The notes under the pieces: generated by a model
What the model was told of the DNA's origin: nothing
Databases searched by the model: none
What the model saw: only the letters and a program-made list of their open reading frames with translations
Made by a program: the position numbers and the translations under genes
Source: Lama guanicoe
Taxonomy: Eukaryota
Direction: 5' to 3'
DNA: 64,000 nt
NCBI GenBank assembly: GCA_013239625.1
Contig: MU054323.1
Location: forward strand, 14,450,029-14,514,028
Shown: positions 50,880-64,000 of the stretch, in pieces
How the letters are laid out: every line of letters begins with the position of its first letter
Position numbering within the stretch: the stretch's first letter is position 1

Positions 50880-51002
50880 TAAGGGATGCAACTAACTAGG
50901 GAGTAGGGACTTCCTGTTCTAGTGTGCTTCATGACTGTAAAATGAAGATTGCTTTTACTCCTTGATTAACAAGACTTTTCTGAAATTACCTTATAGGATG
51001 GG

Positions 51003-51568
51003 TTTTTTAAAAATAGATTGGTTGAGATTTAAGTTACATGCTACAAAACTCACTCATTTTAGGTCTATAATTGAATAATTTTCAGTGTGTGTAGCCATCA
51101 TTACAAACTTTTAGAACATTTTTATCACCCCACAAAGAAACCCCTTGGTCATTTCTATCACTCCTTGTTTATATCCTCAGTTCCCCCAGGCAATCACTAA
51201 TTACTTTCTCTCTCCATTGTTTGGCCTTTTTGGATCATGTCGTATAGTAGAATCATGAAATATATGGTGTTTTATGACTGGTTTCTTTCATTTACCATAA
51301 TATAGTCAAGGTTCAACCATGCTGTAGCATGTATCTGTACTTCATTACTTCTTATTGCTAAATAATACTCTAGGACATATACCATATTTTTTCCATTCAC
51401 ATTGATGGGCATTTGGGTTTTTCTAACATTTGAGCTGTTGTGAATAATGCTGCTATGAACAATAGCCCACGAATCTTTTGTGCATGCCTATATGCTTATT
51501 TCTCTTGTGTGCATATCTTAGAGTTTAAACTGTGAGGTCGTATGGCAAATCTAAGTTTAGCATTTAAG
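51003..51568 (-). mobile_element. Old L1 3' end (L1MB/MC-like)
   Basis: ttttagaacatttttatcacccc…tgaataatgctgctatgaac. Confidence 0.85.
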
Positions 51569-51669
51569 AGTGAGAGCTGCCTAGCCAGAGACTTTGGCAA
51601 AATGCATATATCAGAGTGGGTAATTTCCCATGAACCTCTAAAATCTTGCCAATTTAACAAAGTCTGATA

Positions 51670-52320
51670 TACTGGGTTATACCTTCTGCAATGAAGGTCT
51701 TACTACAACACGTTTTAACATGGAGAAGTGAAATGCTAGCTGGACCTCTCTGTACTGTATTGGGAATACATTCCACATTTGAGACATATGTCTCTGACTC
51801 ATTTACCCAGTGGTCCAAAAGGCTTCTAGGTCTGGGTGGGCAACAGAACAACAGGCTCTCTACAAGGTCCAGGCTCACTGGTAAGGTTGAGTATACTAAC
51901 TGGTCCTCTATGTCCTAGTGGATTCAATGTGTCTGATATATCTTGAAGCAGATGAGGAAGTTTCAGGCACTGCCTGATCTATGAGTCACAGGACAAGTTC
52001 TGAGAATTTTATAGCAAACTGATACTTTTGTTGGCAAGTAACTACTCATTTTGAAGATTTCTCTTCACTTGCCAATGTGTTCTGATAGATCCTATGACAA
52101 GCCCTAACAGACAAGCCAAGAGGAGCCTCCCAAGATTTACACTGGTAAATAAATATTATCATTTTAGAGAGATCTCCTAGCTTTCTGTAGAGCTGTGATG
52201 GAATCTGAATTCCTGACAAGGAACACTAGGAAAATTTTGACTCAAGTAGCACATCATAATTGAAGGCCATAAATTTAGTCACACCCTGCAATACTTCATC
52301 AATGAATAAAAATGCCATTA
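51670..52320 (+). mobile_element. Degraded ERVL-type pol (RT connection/RNase H-like) remnant
   Basis: tacattccacatttg…catttacccagtg…aaaggcttctag…cagaacaacaggctctctacaaggtccaggct resembles ERVL HIPHL…PIY…KAASFEWGPEQEKALQQVQA. Confidence 0.65.
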
Positions 52321-54163
52321 TAATAAAAATAACTGGCATCTTAAATGAACAGTTTTACTCTGTAATTCAGCTGTATTTTTTTTGAAAATGAGACTTTGAT
52401 ACTACCAAGACTAATACATTGGAAAAAAATAATTTTCTATGAAACTTGAAAAAAAACACATGCTTTTAAAATGCATAATAGCATTCAGTTTCTTGAACAT
52501 TAAAATAGGATTTGTATGAATTTCTGGCTGGTTGTGTGCCTTTTCTGATCCCTGCCTTAGTTTCGACAAAGTATTTAAAAATTAAAAATAGATCAATGTT
52601 TTAAAACTAGAGCTGTGTCAGCCGCATCCATTAAGGTCTGGGAGGCAACAGTCTTTATTTCAATAATGCTTTATTTCATCATCTTTACATGACAGATGCA
52701 CTGCTGCTTTCCAGTGTTTCCCAAGAAATAAGTCATGAGTTTATAAATTATTTTATATAGATGAAAACAGCTTCTGTTTACAGTAATCTTCCCCTCACAG
52801 CATTAAGTGGAAAGAAGTAATATTTGTTAAAACAGCAGGAGTTAGCCCTTTGATAAAAAGAATATTTTCTTCTAAAAAAAAATCTGCTTGAATAATTGCC
52901 AGGAAAATGATTTTAACACTGGAGTAGAGAGGTAACTTCCTGAAGGGCTTGAAGCAAACAACAACTCGACTGGAGAGTTCATAGCTGGAGCAATTCCAAC
53001 TGTGAATGATAAACTTGCTTGATATGACCTAGCAAGCAGTGGGTAAAAAAAGTGATATTGATTTTAAATACCATGGTAACTTCTTATTTAAGTATTTTAA
53101 TAATAATAATGCTCTGAACATAGCTCTCCCGGGCTTACCAAGATATTCAAATCCATTTTTTAAGTCTTATCTTATAAATTCTGGTATAAAATTATATGTA
53201 GTAAATAAAAAGCATATAATAGATCTTCCTTTCAGAAAGAGGCAAGGTGAATTCCGATACTTTCACAACTGTACCAAATGAGGCAACAAGCAAATCCATT
53301 ACAGGAACTGGTTTCAGACATGCATACTTTTCTGAAATTAGGTCAGCCTCTTCCTGGACACACTTTAAAGACTGCTTAGATCATCTTACTATACTTTTTA
53401 ACATTTATTAATTCTGATCTTGCATGCAGCATGGTATTCAAAGCTTACAGATATAGTCACATTTTAAAACACAATTGCTACAATAACAAGAATGCCTTAA
53501 AATTTTTTTTATTTTTATTTGGATTATGCCTCATCACATTACTGTGCAAGATGGTCTGCTGCTTTAAAGCTTTTAAACAAAAACACATAATAAGCTCTCA
53601 AAATATTTTATAACACAAAAAAACTACATCCGTTTATATATATAAAAAAAAATAGGGTCCAGAGGATATGGCAAGCTTTTTGCAATGATTAGAGTAGCAT
53701 AAATCAGGAATGATTTCAAATGGTTCTTGAGTTGCTAGAACACTGACAGCATGAGAATATAACTTTCAAACTTTCTTCTCAGTTTGTCTAAAAGTGAGAT
53801 CATATAATATGGACAGTTACAAATACAATTAGACCTATACATTGGGTGTGGCATCTATATAAGAAAAGGGTGGGAGGGATTCTTATCGCCCATCTAGTCT
53901 CTGGATTGGGGGCACCAAGGCAATGTACACTTACAACTCAAGTGCTAATCTTCCAAAGGGATGCGGTTGATGATAGAAGTGATGGGTGTAACCTCTTCAG
54001 AGCCATAATAAAATTCCTTGCTCTTGGTGTCTTTTGTACAGCTGCCTTTTTTATTTCCCTTCAGAGGAGGTCATGAGAATCTAATTAAGTTTCACAGTAG
54101 CACCTAATCAAGCAACCGTGCATCTCAAGTTTCCATCTCCTGATCTGGACTCAGTATATATTT

Positions 54164-54870
54164 CTTTCTTTTTTTTATTGAAGCATAGTTGATTTACAAT
54201 GTTGTGTTAGTTTTTGGTGTACAGCATAGTGATTCAGTTGTACAAATATATATTATTTTTCATAATAGGTCATTACAAGCTATTGAATATAGTTCACTGT
54301 GCTATACAGTAGGACCTTGTTGTTGACTTTTTGCAGGAAGGTAATTAGGTTTATCTATTTAGTTAATTTATTTATTTATTATGGAGGTGCTAGGGATTGA
54401 ACCTAGGACCTCATGCACACTAGGCATGCACTCTACCACTGAGCTATATCCTCCCCCTAGGACCTCGTTTATTTATTTTATATGTAGTAGTTTGTTTCTG
54501 CTAATCCCAAACTCCTCATTTTCCCTACCCATTTCCCCTTTGGTAACCATATGTTTGATTTCTATGTCTGTGAGTGTGTTTCTGTTTTGTAAATAAGTTC
54601 ATCTGTATCATTTTTTAAATATTCCACAGATAAGTGATATCATATGATATTTGCCTTTCTTTGGCTTACTTATGTAGTATGATAATCTCTAGGTCCATCC
54701 ATGTTGCTGCAAATGGCATTATTTAATTCTTTTTTATGGCTGAGTGATATTCCATTATATATGTGTATATATATACACCACATCTTCTTTCATCTGTCAG
54801 TGGACATTTAGGTTGCTTCCATGTCTTGGCTGTTGTAAATAGTGCTGCTGTGAACATTGGGGTGCATGTA
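54164..54870 (-). mobile_element. 5'-truncated L1 3' end, interrupted by a SINE
   Basis: T-rich tail, 3' UTR and ORF2 end colinear with 16550-17120; possible TSD gtat[a/t]tattt at 54154-54163 and 54868-54877. Confidence 0.9.
54328..54457 (-). mobile_element. tRNA-derived SINE (camelid vic-1 type)
   Basis: Minus strand GGGGGAGGATATAGCTCAGTGGTAGAG…GGTTCAATCCC (A and B boxes), (TAAA)n linker, AACCTAATTACC tail; TSD taggacct[t/c]gtt at 54310-54321 and 54458-54469. Confidence 0.9.
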
Positions 54871-56007
54871 TTTATTTATGATACTCCCTGAGCCGCAGTT
54901 CCTACTTATCTGGGCAGAATCTTGGCCTCATGAGTTTCTTTCCCTACAGAATCTTATGTAAGAAGGGGGCTTGTTTTCTATGGTCTTTCTACCCACTATA
55001 TAATGTATAATAAGTATCATATACTCATATATAATCAAAGAATTGGGAAATTGAATTATTGACCCAATTGCTTTGCATTGCTTCAGAAGCCAGGTATAGT
55101 AATACCAAGTGACAGAAGCAATATCAAGCCCACTTCACCTGACTGGTAAAACTTTGTTTCGAATTTTATTTTCTACATTGTCATAAAAAAAAAATTCACA
55201 GCAGATAAACTAAACATATTCAGTACAATGCTTAGTTATTTTTTCCAAAGCAAACTGATTAAAATATATAGTAGAAAATATCCCATATACAAATTTACCC
55301 TCCCTCTCTTTCCCACACTTCCAAAATGAGGCCATCACAAACAGAAATTTAAGGCATCTATTCTATATCAAATAAATTAATGATGCTTTTGATCCCTTCT
55401 GTGACTGGAGTGAGTGTCTAAAGATCAATGAACTGTTTAGTTTCACTGGTAGCACTTTGAAATGCTTTAAGGGAACTGATTTTGAAAACCAGACTAAGGG
55501 AGTGAAAAGGTAGCCTCCTTTGAGCTCGATCACAAATATACTTATTTCAATAAATAAGAAACCTCTGGGTCTGGGATCATTTCTCAAGCAGTAAAGAAAT
55601 CCTCTCACTTCAAAATACCTCTGTCAAAATTCTATCATGACACAATAGCTACAGGTTATTTGCTGTAAGATTAACCTATTACATCAGTTTAATTCCACCT
55701 TGTGAATTAAATTCAGAAAGTTTGAAGGACAAGTGTGCATAGTTGTCTTGAGGGAATGCAAGTTTTGATTGTGTAGAGAAAGGAAGAGTCATTATTAGAA
55801 TGTGAATCTCTCTTTAGGGACACATCAGCTCTAATTGGGATTCTCAACAGAAAAGGGCAGTTTATATCTTGATCCCCTCTCACTCCAACAATATATCAAG
55901 AGCCCTAAAAAATAAAGATCTTTTCCCATTTATTGATCAGCTACAAATAGATGAAAGTGCTGTATAAAATTTAAAGGAAAAGGAAATGCTGAGAATGCCA
56001 CACACAA

Positions 56008-56016
56008 GCGCGCGCG

Positions 56017-56047
<31 letters not shown>
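56008..56047. repeat. (CG)n(CA)n alternating purine-pyrimidine microsatellite
   Basis: Direct reading. Confidence 0.95.
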
Positions 56048-56189
56048 TATATTGTACATAGGTATATTATCCTGTCCATTGATGTGAGTTTTATATTTGA
56101 GATGAGACAGTGGACTCGAAGATACTCTTTTTTTGAAGATGACATTGTAGTACACGTACTATTTGTCATGTCAGAGCTATAGTAGCATC

Positions 56190-56600
56190 ATGGTAGATTG
56201 ATTACATGAATGGCCCCTGTTGCAATGCAGCCTTGTCCTTCCACTCTGACCATCGGCCCTGCCATGTAGCCTTTTTTGCTGGTATGTTAGCATATATGAT
56301 GCTGAGGCTTGTAAAAAGCATTTGCATTTTGCTCCTCATTCAAGCCCTCGGCCATCACCAGTGAGACCCTGTCCATATTAGCTTTCTGCATGATGTGAAA
56401 CAAGTGACAAAGGGTCAGTCAGCCCAGTCAGCCCAGCAGCAACCATATGAGATCAGCAGAGACCAGAAAAAAATCACCCATTTGATCTCAGAGTAAATTG
56501 CTGGCACACATACTCTTATTAATACATGGGTATTATTTTAGGCAACAGAATTTTGGGCAGTTTGTTATGGAACACCCTGGTGGCAAAGGATACCTGACAT
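56190..56600 (+). mobile_element. MLT1 (G/H-like) MaLR solo LTR
   Basis: tggtagattgattac…aatggccc start; ttttgggcagtttgttatg…gatacctgaca end. Confidence 0.75.
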
Positions 56601-56869
56601 AGGTAGTAAGTAGAGGAAAAGAGAGAGGACACCATTAATAAACCAAGATAAAGACCCTCAAGGCATTGATTTTTTTTTTCAATCAGGGACTACGTTCATG
56701 TTCAGAATTCAGTAAGTCTGTTCCTATCACTCAGAAAATAAAACATTTGTTACAATATAGCAGTTCTCAATACAACCCCCCAAAATAAGCTAAGTATTTA
56801 AAACATGAACAGAAGTACTTTGAAGTAGCCCCATTTTCAAAGGGTATCATCAAGATCAACCTCTATTTC

Positions 56870-57606
56870 TCTCCTCCTCCACAGGCTCTACAAATCCTCT
56901 TTCCTCTTTCCTCAAGATTCGTTGAACTACCATCCCCATGTAAGCTGCAGTTAGCTCTCCTCAGCATTACTGCCATGACCTTTTAAGTGATCTTCTTTGC
57001 CTTTGCCACCTACTCTCTGTCCTCAAAAGAGAATAACAAGGATATTTTAAAATATGAGTGAGATCTTGTCATGTTTTTGCTCAGAACCCTTCAATGATTT
57101 ACTTTCTCGTTCAGAGTAAAAGCCAAGTTCTGTGACCTGGTGGTCTACTACCTGTCAGACCACCTCATCTCCTGTAACTTATTCTTGATGATACCATTTA
57201 GCCACATCAGCCTTCTGACTGTTCTTTAGGACAAGAATGCCTCTGACTCAGCCCTTTTGCACTTGCTATGTGTTCTGCTTGGAACATGCTTCCTACAGAT
57301 AAATGGATAGCTCTGTCTTTCACCTCCTTCAGTCTCTGCTCAAAAGTCAACTTATTGATGCCTTCCCTGATCATCCCATTTAAAATAACTGTCACTCTTA
57401 CACTGCCGCTTATAAAAATCCATGACTTCTAATACAAGCTGACATATCTTACTTGGTTATTGGTTTATTGAATGTCTTCCTTATTCTAGAACATTAACTC
57501 CATAGGGTGGTAATTTTTATGTGCTTTTTCTCAATGTTATCCTGAGTTTATAAAAGAGTCCATGATATATTGTATGTGCCAATGATTATTTGATGAGTAA
57601 ATGAGT
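56870..57606 (+). mobile_element. LINE-2 3' region
   Basis: cagaacccttcaatga…cagagtaaaagccaag…ctgcttggaacatgct…tctctgctcaaa…tatttgatgagtaaatga. Confidence 0.85.
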
Positions 57607-57714
57607 TGCTGAGTTTTTACAGGGGCAGTTTCTCACTGTAATACTAATATAAGCTGAGCCAATGCAGTTCCTTGGATATAGATGTCTAAAAGCATTTGCT
57701 CTTTGCCTAATGAC

Positions 57715-57858
57715 CTACAGCATTTAACATGCCTGGAGATCCTCCTAAAATGCAGATTTGAATACAGTAGATCTGGTATGGAGCAATATTTTGCATTCAT
57801 TAAAAGTTTCTGGGGAGGACAGTGCTGTCATTCCTCAAACCATACTTTCAGTAACAAA
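57715..57858 (+). mobile_element. MER5B-like hAT relic
   Basis: cctggagatc…taaaatgcagatt…cagtagatctgg…accatactttcagtaacaa. Confidence 0.65.
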
Positions 57859-58654
57859 AGCCCACAACAAGCTGTGTGCCATGGACAAGTTTCCTGAGTA
57901 ACAGTACTGAATTGGTTAGAGAGACTAAGGGCTTGTGTGAAAACCTTTCTTTCTTTTTTCTTTTTTTAAAAATTTTCCTGAGTAGATTCCATGGAATGAC
58001 CACTTCGATTTTGTTATCAAACTTGAAAAGTTAAAGGATTAAATTGGCTTCAAACCAGTAAAATACTGATATGAAAGAAGTGCCTCTGAAGTTGCTTTCT
58101 TTTCAACATGCTTACTTGATTTTAAACAAACACACCAAAAAAATCAGTATCTTTCTAAATAATCATATCACTTCTTATAATATTATGCTTCTTAGATGGA
58201 ACAAAATTGAGAATGAAGTCATCAGCCCCATCAAATTATCTAGGAAGGGGTAGTCACCTTGAAACCATCTCTTTCAAAGGACTTTACCAAGCACAACTTC
58301 CCTTTGAATGTCTATATCATATTTTCCCTCTCCTCCACCCTCATTCATTACAGAACACTGGGATACATTGCAGGCAAAGCCAACACTATTTACTTAAAGA
58401 TCTTGAAAACTGAGCAACCCTAAACATAACAAAACAGTGAGAATTCATTTGAAGATATAAAGCCAGTGTAAAGTTCTCAGAAAAATTGCTTAATTTGACA
58501 TGCGGTATTTAATAAAATATGTTATCTCTATATGCTGGTATAATAAAGAAATACATGTTTGTTTAGGTCTTATTATATATATCTAATATATATGTGTATA
58601 TATATATGTATGTATTTTACATTTTAAATACACAAAAATTACAAAGATTTTAAA

Positions 58655-58765
58655 ATAATGCCACCATTTTAAAGATGAGATATCTGAGGTGCAAAGATGT
58701 TACAATCTGTATTCATGTAAGAATCAAGGCTAGAATTCGAACCCTAAGTCTTTCTTTATCCAAAG
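58655..58765 (-). mobile_element. MIR fragment
   Basis: ccattttaaagatgagatatctgagg…gaattcgaaccc. Confidence 0.7.
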
Positions 58766-58969
58766 TGATTGCATCTTGCACTGTTCTTGCTGCCTCTTAA
58801 CAATGATTTTTTGAAATTGGAGGTGATGGTGACAGTTCCATAATGTATCATAATGAAACATAAAATAAGCAATTTTGTTATTGTTCATAACTGAAAAATT
58901 AGAAAAAGCAAATAAACGTAAAGCTATACAGACCCAATAATCAAGATAATTCAAATTTAAGGGACTGGA

Positions 58970-59345
58970 TACATTTTTAATGATAATATTCAGTGTTGGC
59001 AAGAGTGCAGTAAAAACATAGCCTCTCCTGCTGCCAGGAGTTATAAAAAGGACTGCCTTTTTAGAGGATAAATTGGCAATGTATATTAAGAGTATTTTAA
59101 ATGTTAATATTTTTTGACTCAGTGAATCAACTGCTGGGAATTTATCCTAAGGATAAGCACAAAGTTCTACAAAAAATGCATTCACTACATTTAAAAAATA
59201 AAACCAAAAATATTGGTGACATCTTCAAAGAAAATGAATAAAAAATTATCATCATTGAAATTCCATACAAGTAAATTGTATTGTCTTAACGTCATCATTT
59301 TAAGGAATTCTAATGGCATAAGAAAATGTTTTAAATATAATTTTA
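58970..59345 (+). mobile_element. Ancient L1 (L1ME-type) 3' fragment
   Basis: cagtgttggcaagagtg…aattggcaatgtatatt…ctgggaatttatcctaagga. Confidence 0.7.
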
Positions 59346-60497
59346 GGTAATAATAATAATAATAATAATAACAGACCTTGAAATGATTTCATTCCATTTT
59401 TGTTGCTTATCCTGTTTGTTGCTGTGTGTGACTGGAAGGCAGGAAGTTAGTTTTACAATCTCTTTGTGTCAAAGGCAATCTTCTCTTCTGGTGCATCTAA
59501 GCAGTGATGACTTCACCTAGTCATGGGTAGTGAAGGGGAGCAGAGATTGACAACTCTCATCTTTGTTATGGGGTCTCCCACAAGAGACCCCATAAGAAGC
59601 CTGAGGAGTAGTTATTGTTCCAGTACAAGAAGAGTACTTGGAATTCAGAAAAGTATACAGATTCTTTACTAAATACCTTATTGATGTCAACATGGCAGTA
59701 GAGTATGGAAAGAACAAAAACTAATTTCACTTAAGAGCTTAAAGCTGTTCTATTATTTCACTCTATCTTATTAATGTCCCTTGCTCCCTTCCAAGGAGCC
59801 CTATCTCTGAGGTCTGTAGATGTACAGGAATTCTCATGCCCTCTGTATGAGATTTAGCTGTTACGTGAATTCACAAGATTGAGAGGTTTTTTTTGGCGGC
59901 GGGGGGGCAGGGTAATCATTTTGCTATTCTTTGGTGACGTCAAGTGTAATTTCAAATGAAAATGTTTTTATGTATGTCTCAGCATCGTTTTAACCTTTTC
60001 CCATGAGGATTAAAATAACTCTAATAGTATTGTGCTAAGAGCATCTGACTCTTAACTATTCTTTTAATAAAAGCCATTTAAAAAATTATAAATGGCCATA
60101 TATGTGCCATTTGATAGAGATTGTGCCATCTCCAAATGGTTTTTCTCTTATACTCCAAAAAGTATTAAAAGTGTAATGTAGTGGTGATGAACAATTTATC
60201 TCATGCAGACATGTTCTCATTAGTAACTCTGGTTGCCTCTCAACAATAGTTTTATTAGGGAATTATAAATTATATTCTGCACATACACTTTTTTTAATTT
60301 TTAATTTTACTTTTTTATGCTTTTCTGTATTTTATCATTTTTAGTAAATATGCACTTAAATATCTTTTATAATCAGAAATACATGGACATTACGCTAAAG
60401 AATTCATGAAATTTCATCAATAATGTTTGTGACAGTTATTTGCAATTCATTTAATGTCTCCACAGACTGGCTTCTCAAGTATCTATAGCTTCAGTGA

Positions 60498-60700
60498 TAG
60501 CGTGATGTTATAAAAATAACATGGGTTTGGGAGGGAGATATGCATTATAATCTCAGTCTAAAAATTTGAAATCTGTGTGATCTTGGACTGATCACTTGAC
60601 CATGGAGCATTTCCTCACTGTAAAAGCCCAGATTAATAACATCTACCTTACAGGGTTTGGGTGAGGTTTAAATAAAATAAATTAATATGAGAAAATATAA
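60498..60700 (+). mobile_element. MIR SINE
   Basis: ctgtgtgatcttgg…tttcctcactgtaaaa…ctaccttacagggtt…gtgaggtttaaat core. Confidence 0.8.
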
Positions 60701-61509
60701 TGTGCAATATTTAGTTTATGTTAGATGTCTAGAAAGGAAATTTATAGCTCCAAAATTAGGTTTTTTTGAAAAGTAGTTGATTCATCAAAGTTTTTTTTCT
60801 CTTGTGTTTGGCTTGAAATATCAAATTCTAGCAGGCAAACTACTTGAATTTTAATATCTTGTGCTCTGCCCCTGCCAACTCCCTATCCTTTACTTCCTTC
60901 CAAATATTGATTTTATTGTGGCATAGGTATAAATGAGAAGTTACAAAGTATGTCCTAAATTCCCGGAAACTGACAGGACTCAGGCTGTTTGAGAATTTTA
61001 AAGCAAGTGTTTTTTATCATAAATTTCTTGAAACATAATATGACTCTGATTCCTGGCCTAACTGGTGATCCAGGAAATTGAATCAGTGTTCTGAATGTCA
61101 CCGCAGTAGTAGACTTGCTTTTAAGGTACTTGCAGTAAATAGCTTAAAAGGCTAATTGAAATATTCTTGCAAGAAAAGAAGCTGTCAATAGCAGAGAATC
61201 ATAGAACTTATTCTACCTTAATGTGAAATAGTGTAAAAGCTAGTTGAAATTCCATCTGGCTCAAACAATACTTTAGAATTAGATATAGCTCCTGAGTGAA
61301 CTGGTCTTCATTATTTGAACAATTTCTGAGTTCCAAGTCCGAGCAAATATTATGATGTAGAAATAGGGATAGAAGTCATACAATCCTGAAATGTTGAAAG
61401 TGTGGTTCCCATTCCTGGAAGAGGACAACCCACTAGAGTAACATAAGTCCCCATCAATAAGACTAAAGAACATTTCAAGCAACTTACAAATAGCAACCAG
61501 TGTGTTGCC

Positions 61510-61554
61510 TGCATGTGTGCGTGCGTGCACACGCACGCGCTTGTACGCACACAC
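61510..61554. repeat. Alternating purine-pyrimidine, partly palindromic tract
   Basis: tgcatgtgtgcgtgcgtgcacacgcacgcgc. Confidence 0.85.
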
Positions 61555-62349
61555 CCCCCCCAAGCTTTCATAATAAATTATCGCTAATATCTCTCTGAAC
61601 TAGTAGCAATGAACCCAGGTTAGAAATAGGAGGTTGGATTCCAAAGCTGTCCTTTCTAGAATCTAAGAAGAGTAGAATTGGCCGTAAGAACTAAAGGGCA
61701 CCCAGGACAGTCATCAGACTCTTGAAAGCTTTTCAGACTGTTGGGACTTAATTTAGTTTTGTTTGATAAAACTTACGTAGTCTGTCTGACAGTGGAGAAC
61801 CATTGCAGGATTTTTAACATGATTTTCCTGAAATGACTGCTTCTAACTAGATCTGCATATACATTAGAATTGGTAGATACGGAAAGGTCAAAGATCAGAA
61901 TGTAAAAAGGTTTAATTAAAAAAGAATGAGACAACCAAAAGCTAGATGCATAAATTCCGGTTGGCAAGAACCCATATTTGTAAAAGTCCTCTCTTAAAAA
62001 TAATCATTTAGAAAAAATATATACAAATGATAAGTTTACTAATATTTGACTATTTGAAACCCAAAGAAGCTTTTGAAGGAAAAAACACAAATATAGTAGT
62101 TTAAATTTTTACTACACAGTTGTAGAAGAAATGTGACTTGACAACAGTCCAACTAAATAAGTAGATATATCAAAGCACTATGGAAGTATTTATTCTATTA
62201 TATATTTCTTTGCCTGAGTTTTTATAGTTATTTTCGGGAGTTTTTTTTAACTCAAAAATACAAAAAAAAAAATCAGAATTCTACCACCCACAAGCAGGTT
62301 GCAGAAATATTTCAGAACATTTAATTGCATATTGGCACAAATTGAAAAA

Positions 62350-62850
62350 AATCTGCATATAAATGTCCTTCTTTTATATTTAACATGACATTATATCATA
62401 CACAATTTCCATGCCATTAACATCTTTGTAATAATTTAGTAACTACGTTAATTTTATTTTCCATGGATGCCATAATTAAGTTATCATTCTCAATATTCAC
62501 TACCATAATAAAAATTCAACAGACATCTTATACACAAATATTTGCCTATAATTTTCAAAAACTATTTATTCCCAGTTAAAAAAAATCTATTATCTCTAAG
62601 GTTTTGAGTCCTTTTGAATTTCTAGATATAAATTGCCAAAATGCCTTATTAAAAATTGTATAGATTTGCACACGCACCATTAGGGTAGGAGTATGTCCTT
62701 TCTACCACATTCTAATTAATGCTCAATATTATATTTTTTATAATTCTGTTCAATTAGATAGAATTTTTTCTCATAATGACTCTAGTTGGTAATTTTTTTA
62801 TTATGAGTGAGACTGAGCATTTATTTTTTCATGTTTGTATTAACCATGTA
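62350..62850 (-). mobile_element. Ancient L1 (L1ME-type) 3' fragment
   Basis: aattgccaaaatgcc…atttgcacacgcacca…ttattatgagtgagactgagcatt. Confidence 0.7.
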
Positions 62851-63539
62851 TTATCAAGGCCAACATTCAGTCCAAGGAGATCAAAAGGAGCCATTCAGTT
62901 AACCAGGGCAGGGTCTTACCAGTTGGCATTGCACTGCTGGCCATGTTGGTATTGACACAGAATATTTAGTGGGGATCTCTCCAGACTGAGGTGAGACTTC
63001 ACCCTGATGACTAGAGGAAGATTGGACTTGCAAGTGGGGTGCATGGGCTCCACAATGGGAAGACTTGGGAGTCAGATTCTGGGGAGCCAATAAGACATTT
63101 TCTAGAAGCCAAAAATGCATTTGTATTTGCGTTTATTCTAATCACTTGATCACTTGACTGGTTAGTATTTATTTTTAGTACTTATGCAAGCTGTAAACTG
63201 ATCTTACTGATAAATGTGCTGCATCCTGGCAGTGGAGTAGAATAGAACAGACATAAAATTAGAGTTCATTGAAAAATATCCCCCTTGAAAAAAGGGATCT
63301 ATTTTTGCGTTAGTTTAGGAAATGGCACACAATCTATTACTTTCTTGGAAATTTGCATTGCTTATTAAACTATTAAGCATTTTGAGACTCTTATAGTAAA
63401 GAAACTTACTTAATTTTAACCCAATATGTACGAAAGTTATCAATTTTGTGGTGTAAGACGGTTGGTATGTAATACCTATTTGTTCAACTAAGACTGATAC
63501 TCTTCACAAAACATTCAAAAAAGGCTGATAAAACATGCA

Positions 63540-63788
63540 AACAAAATATCAGTCTTTGAAACCATTTAGAAATAGGTTTAAATCTTGATTCTGTCACCCA
63601 TTAACCATATAATATACCTAAAATCTCTTGGGTAATTTACCCAATTTTTCTGAGAATATATTTTCTTATTTGCAAAATTAAAATTAAATAATATTTCCTT
63701 TGCATGGCTCTTGCTAGATTAGCAGTCACATATCTATATATTATGTGATATAGAGGGAATTTAATAGATTTTAGCTATTATTATTATT
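63540..63788 (+). mobile_element. MIR SINE, degraded
   Basis: aggtttaaatcttgattctgtcac…cttgggtaatttac…ttagctattattatt. Confidence 0.65.
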
Positions 63789-64000
63789 AATGTAAATGCC
63801 CTTTAAGTCATTCAAGTTTTACTGTAAAATACAAAGTCGTAATTTTTCACAGAAAGGCATGTTTGTATTAATTCATACCATTAATCATGCCCATGGACAG
63901 TCTGGTTCTTTGAAGTCAACAGCTGATGCCAGGCATAGTTGTTTACTTTTTACTGCCTCTGTGAATTAAGGGTATTGGCTTACAAGAAGATACATACGAC

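Noticed and set aside
54380..54457. tRNA gene
   Set aside because: Has a SINE linker, tail and TSD; it is a SINE head.
1..64000. Host gene exons, CRISPR arrays or prokaryotic systems
   Set aside because: The remaining 60-100 aa ORFs show no homology I can recognise and there is no repeat-spacer array; short exons or lncRNAs cannot be excluded without alignment.

Overview
AT-rich mammalian genomic DNA, very probably camelid, judged from a vic-1-type tRNA-derived SINE recognised from memory. I see no host protein-coding exons; the window reads as intergenic or deep intronic. It is dominated by LINE-1 copies of several ages plus ancient L2, MIR, MER and LTR relics, and has two assembly gaps. 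Main items: (1) a full-length, TSD-flanked young L1 on the minus strand (38629-45730) with an intact 1265-aa ORF2, an ORF1 broken by one in-frame stop, and a ~400-bp inter-ORF region holding a splice-acceptor-like site and a 73-codon ORF that overlaps the ORF2 start; it is nested in an older L1. (2) A processed DNAJB1 (Hsp40) retrocopy with an open frame, next to a gap and an oppositely oriented young L1 ORF2 fragment. (3) A TSD-flanked insertion at 4144-5697 that combines an inverted L1 segment with an apparent 3' transduction. Repeat subfamily names come from recalled consensus sequences, not database searches, and boundaries of old repeats are approximate.
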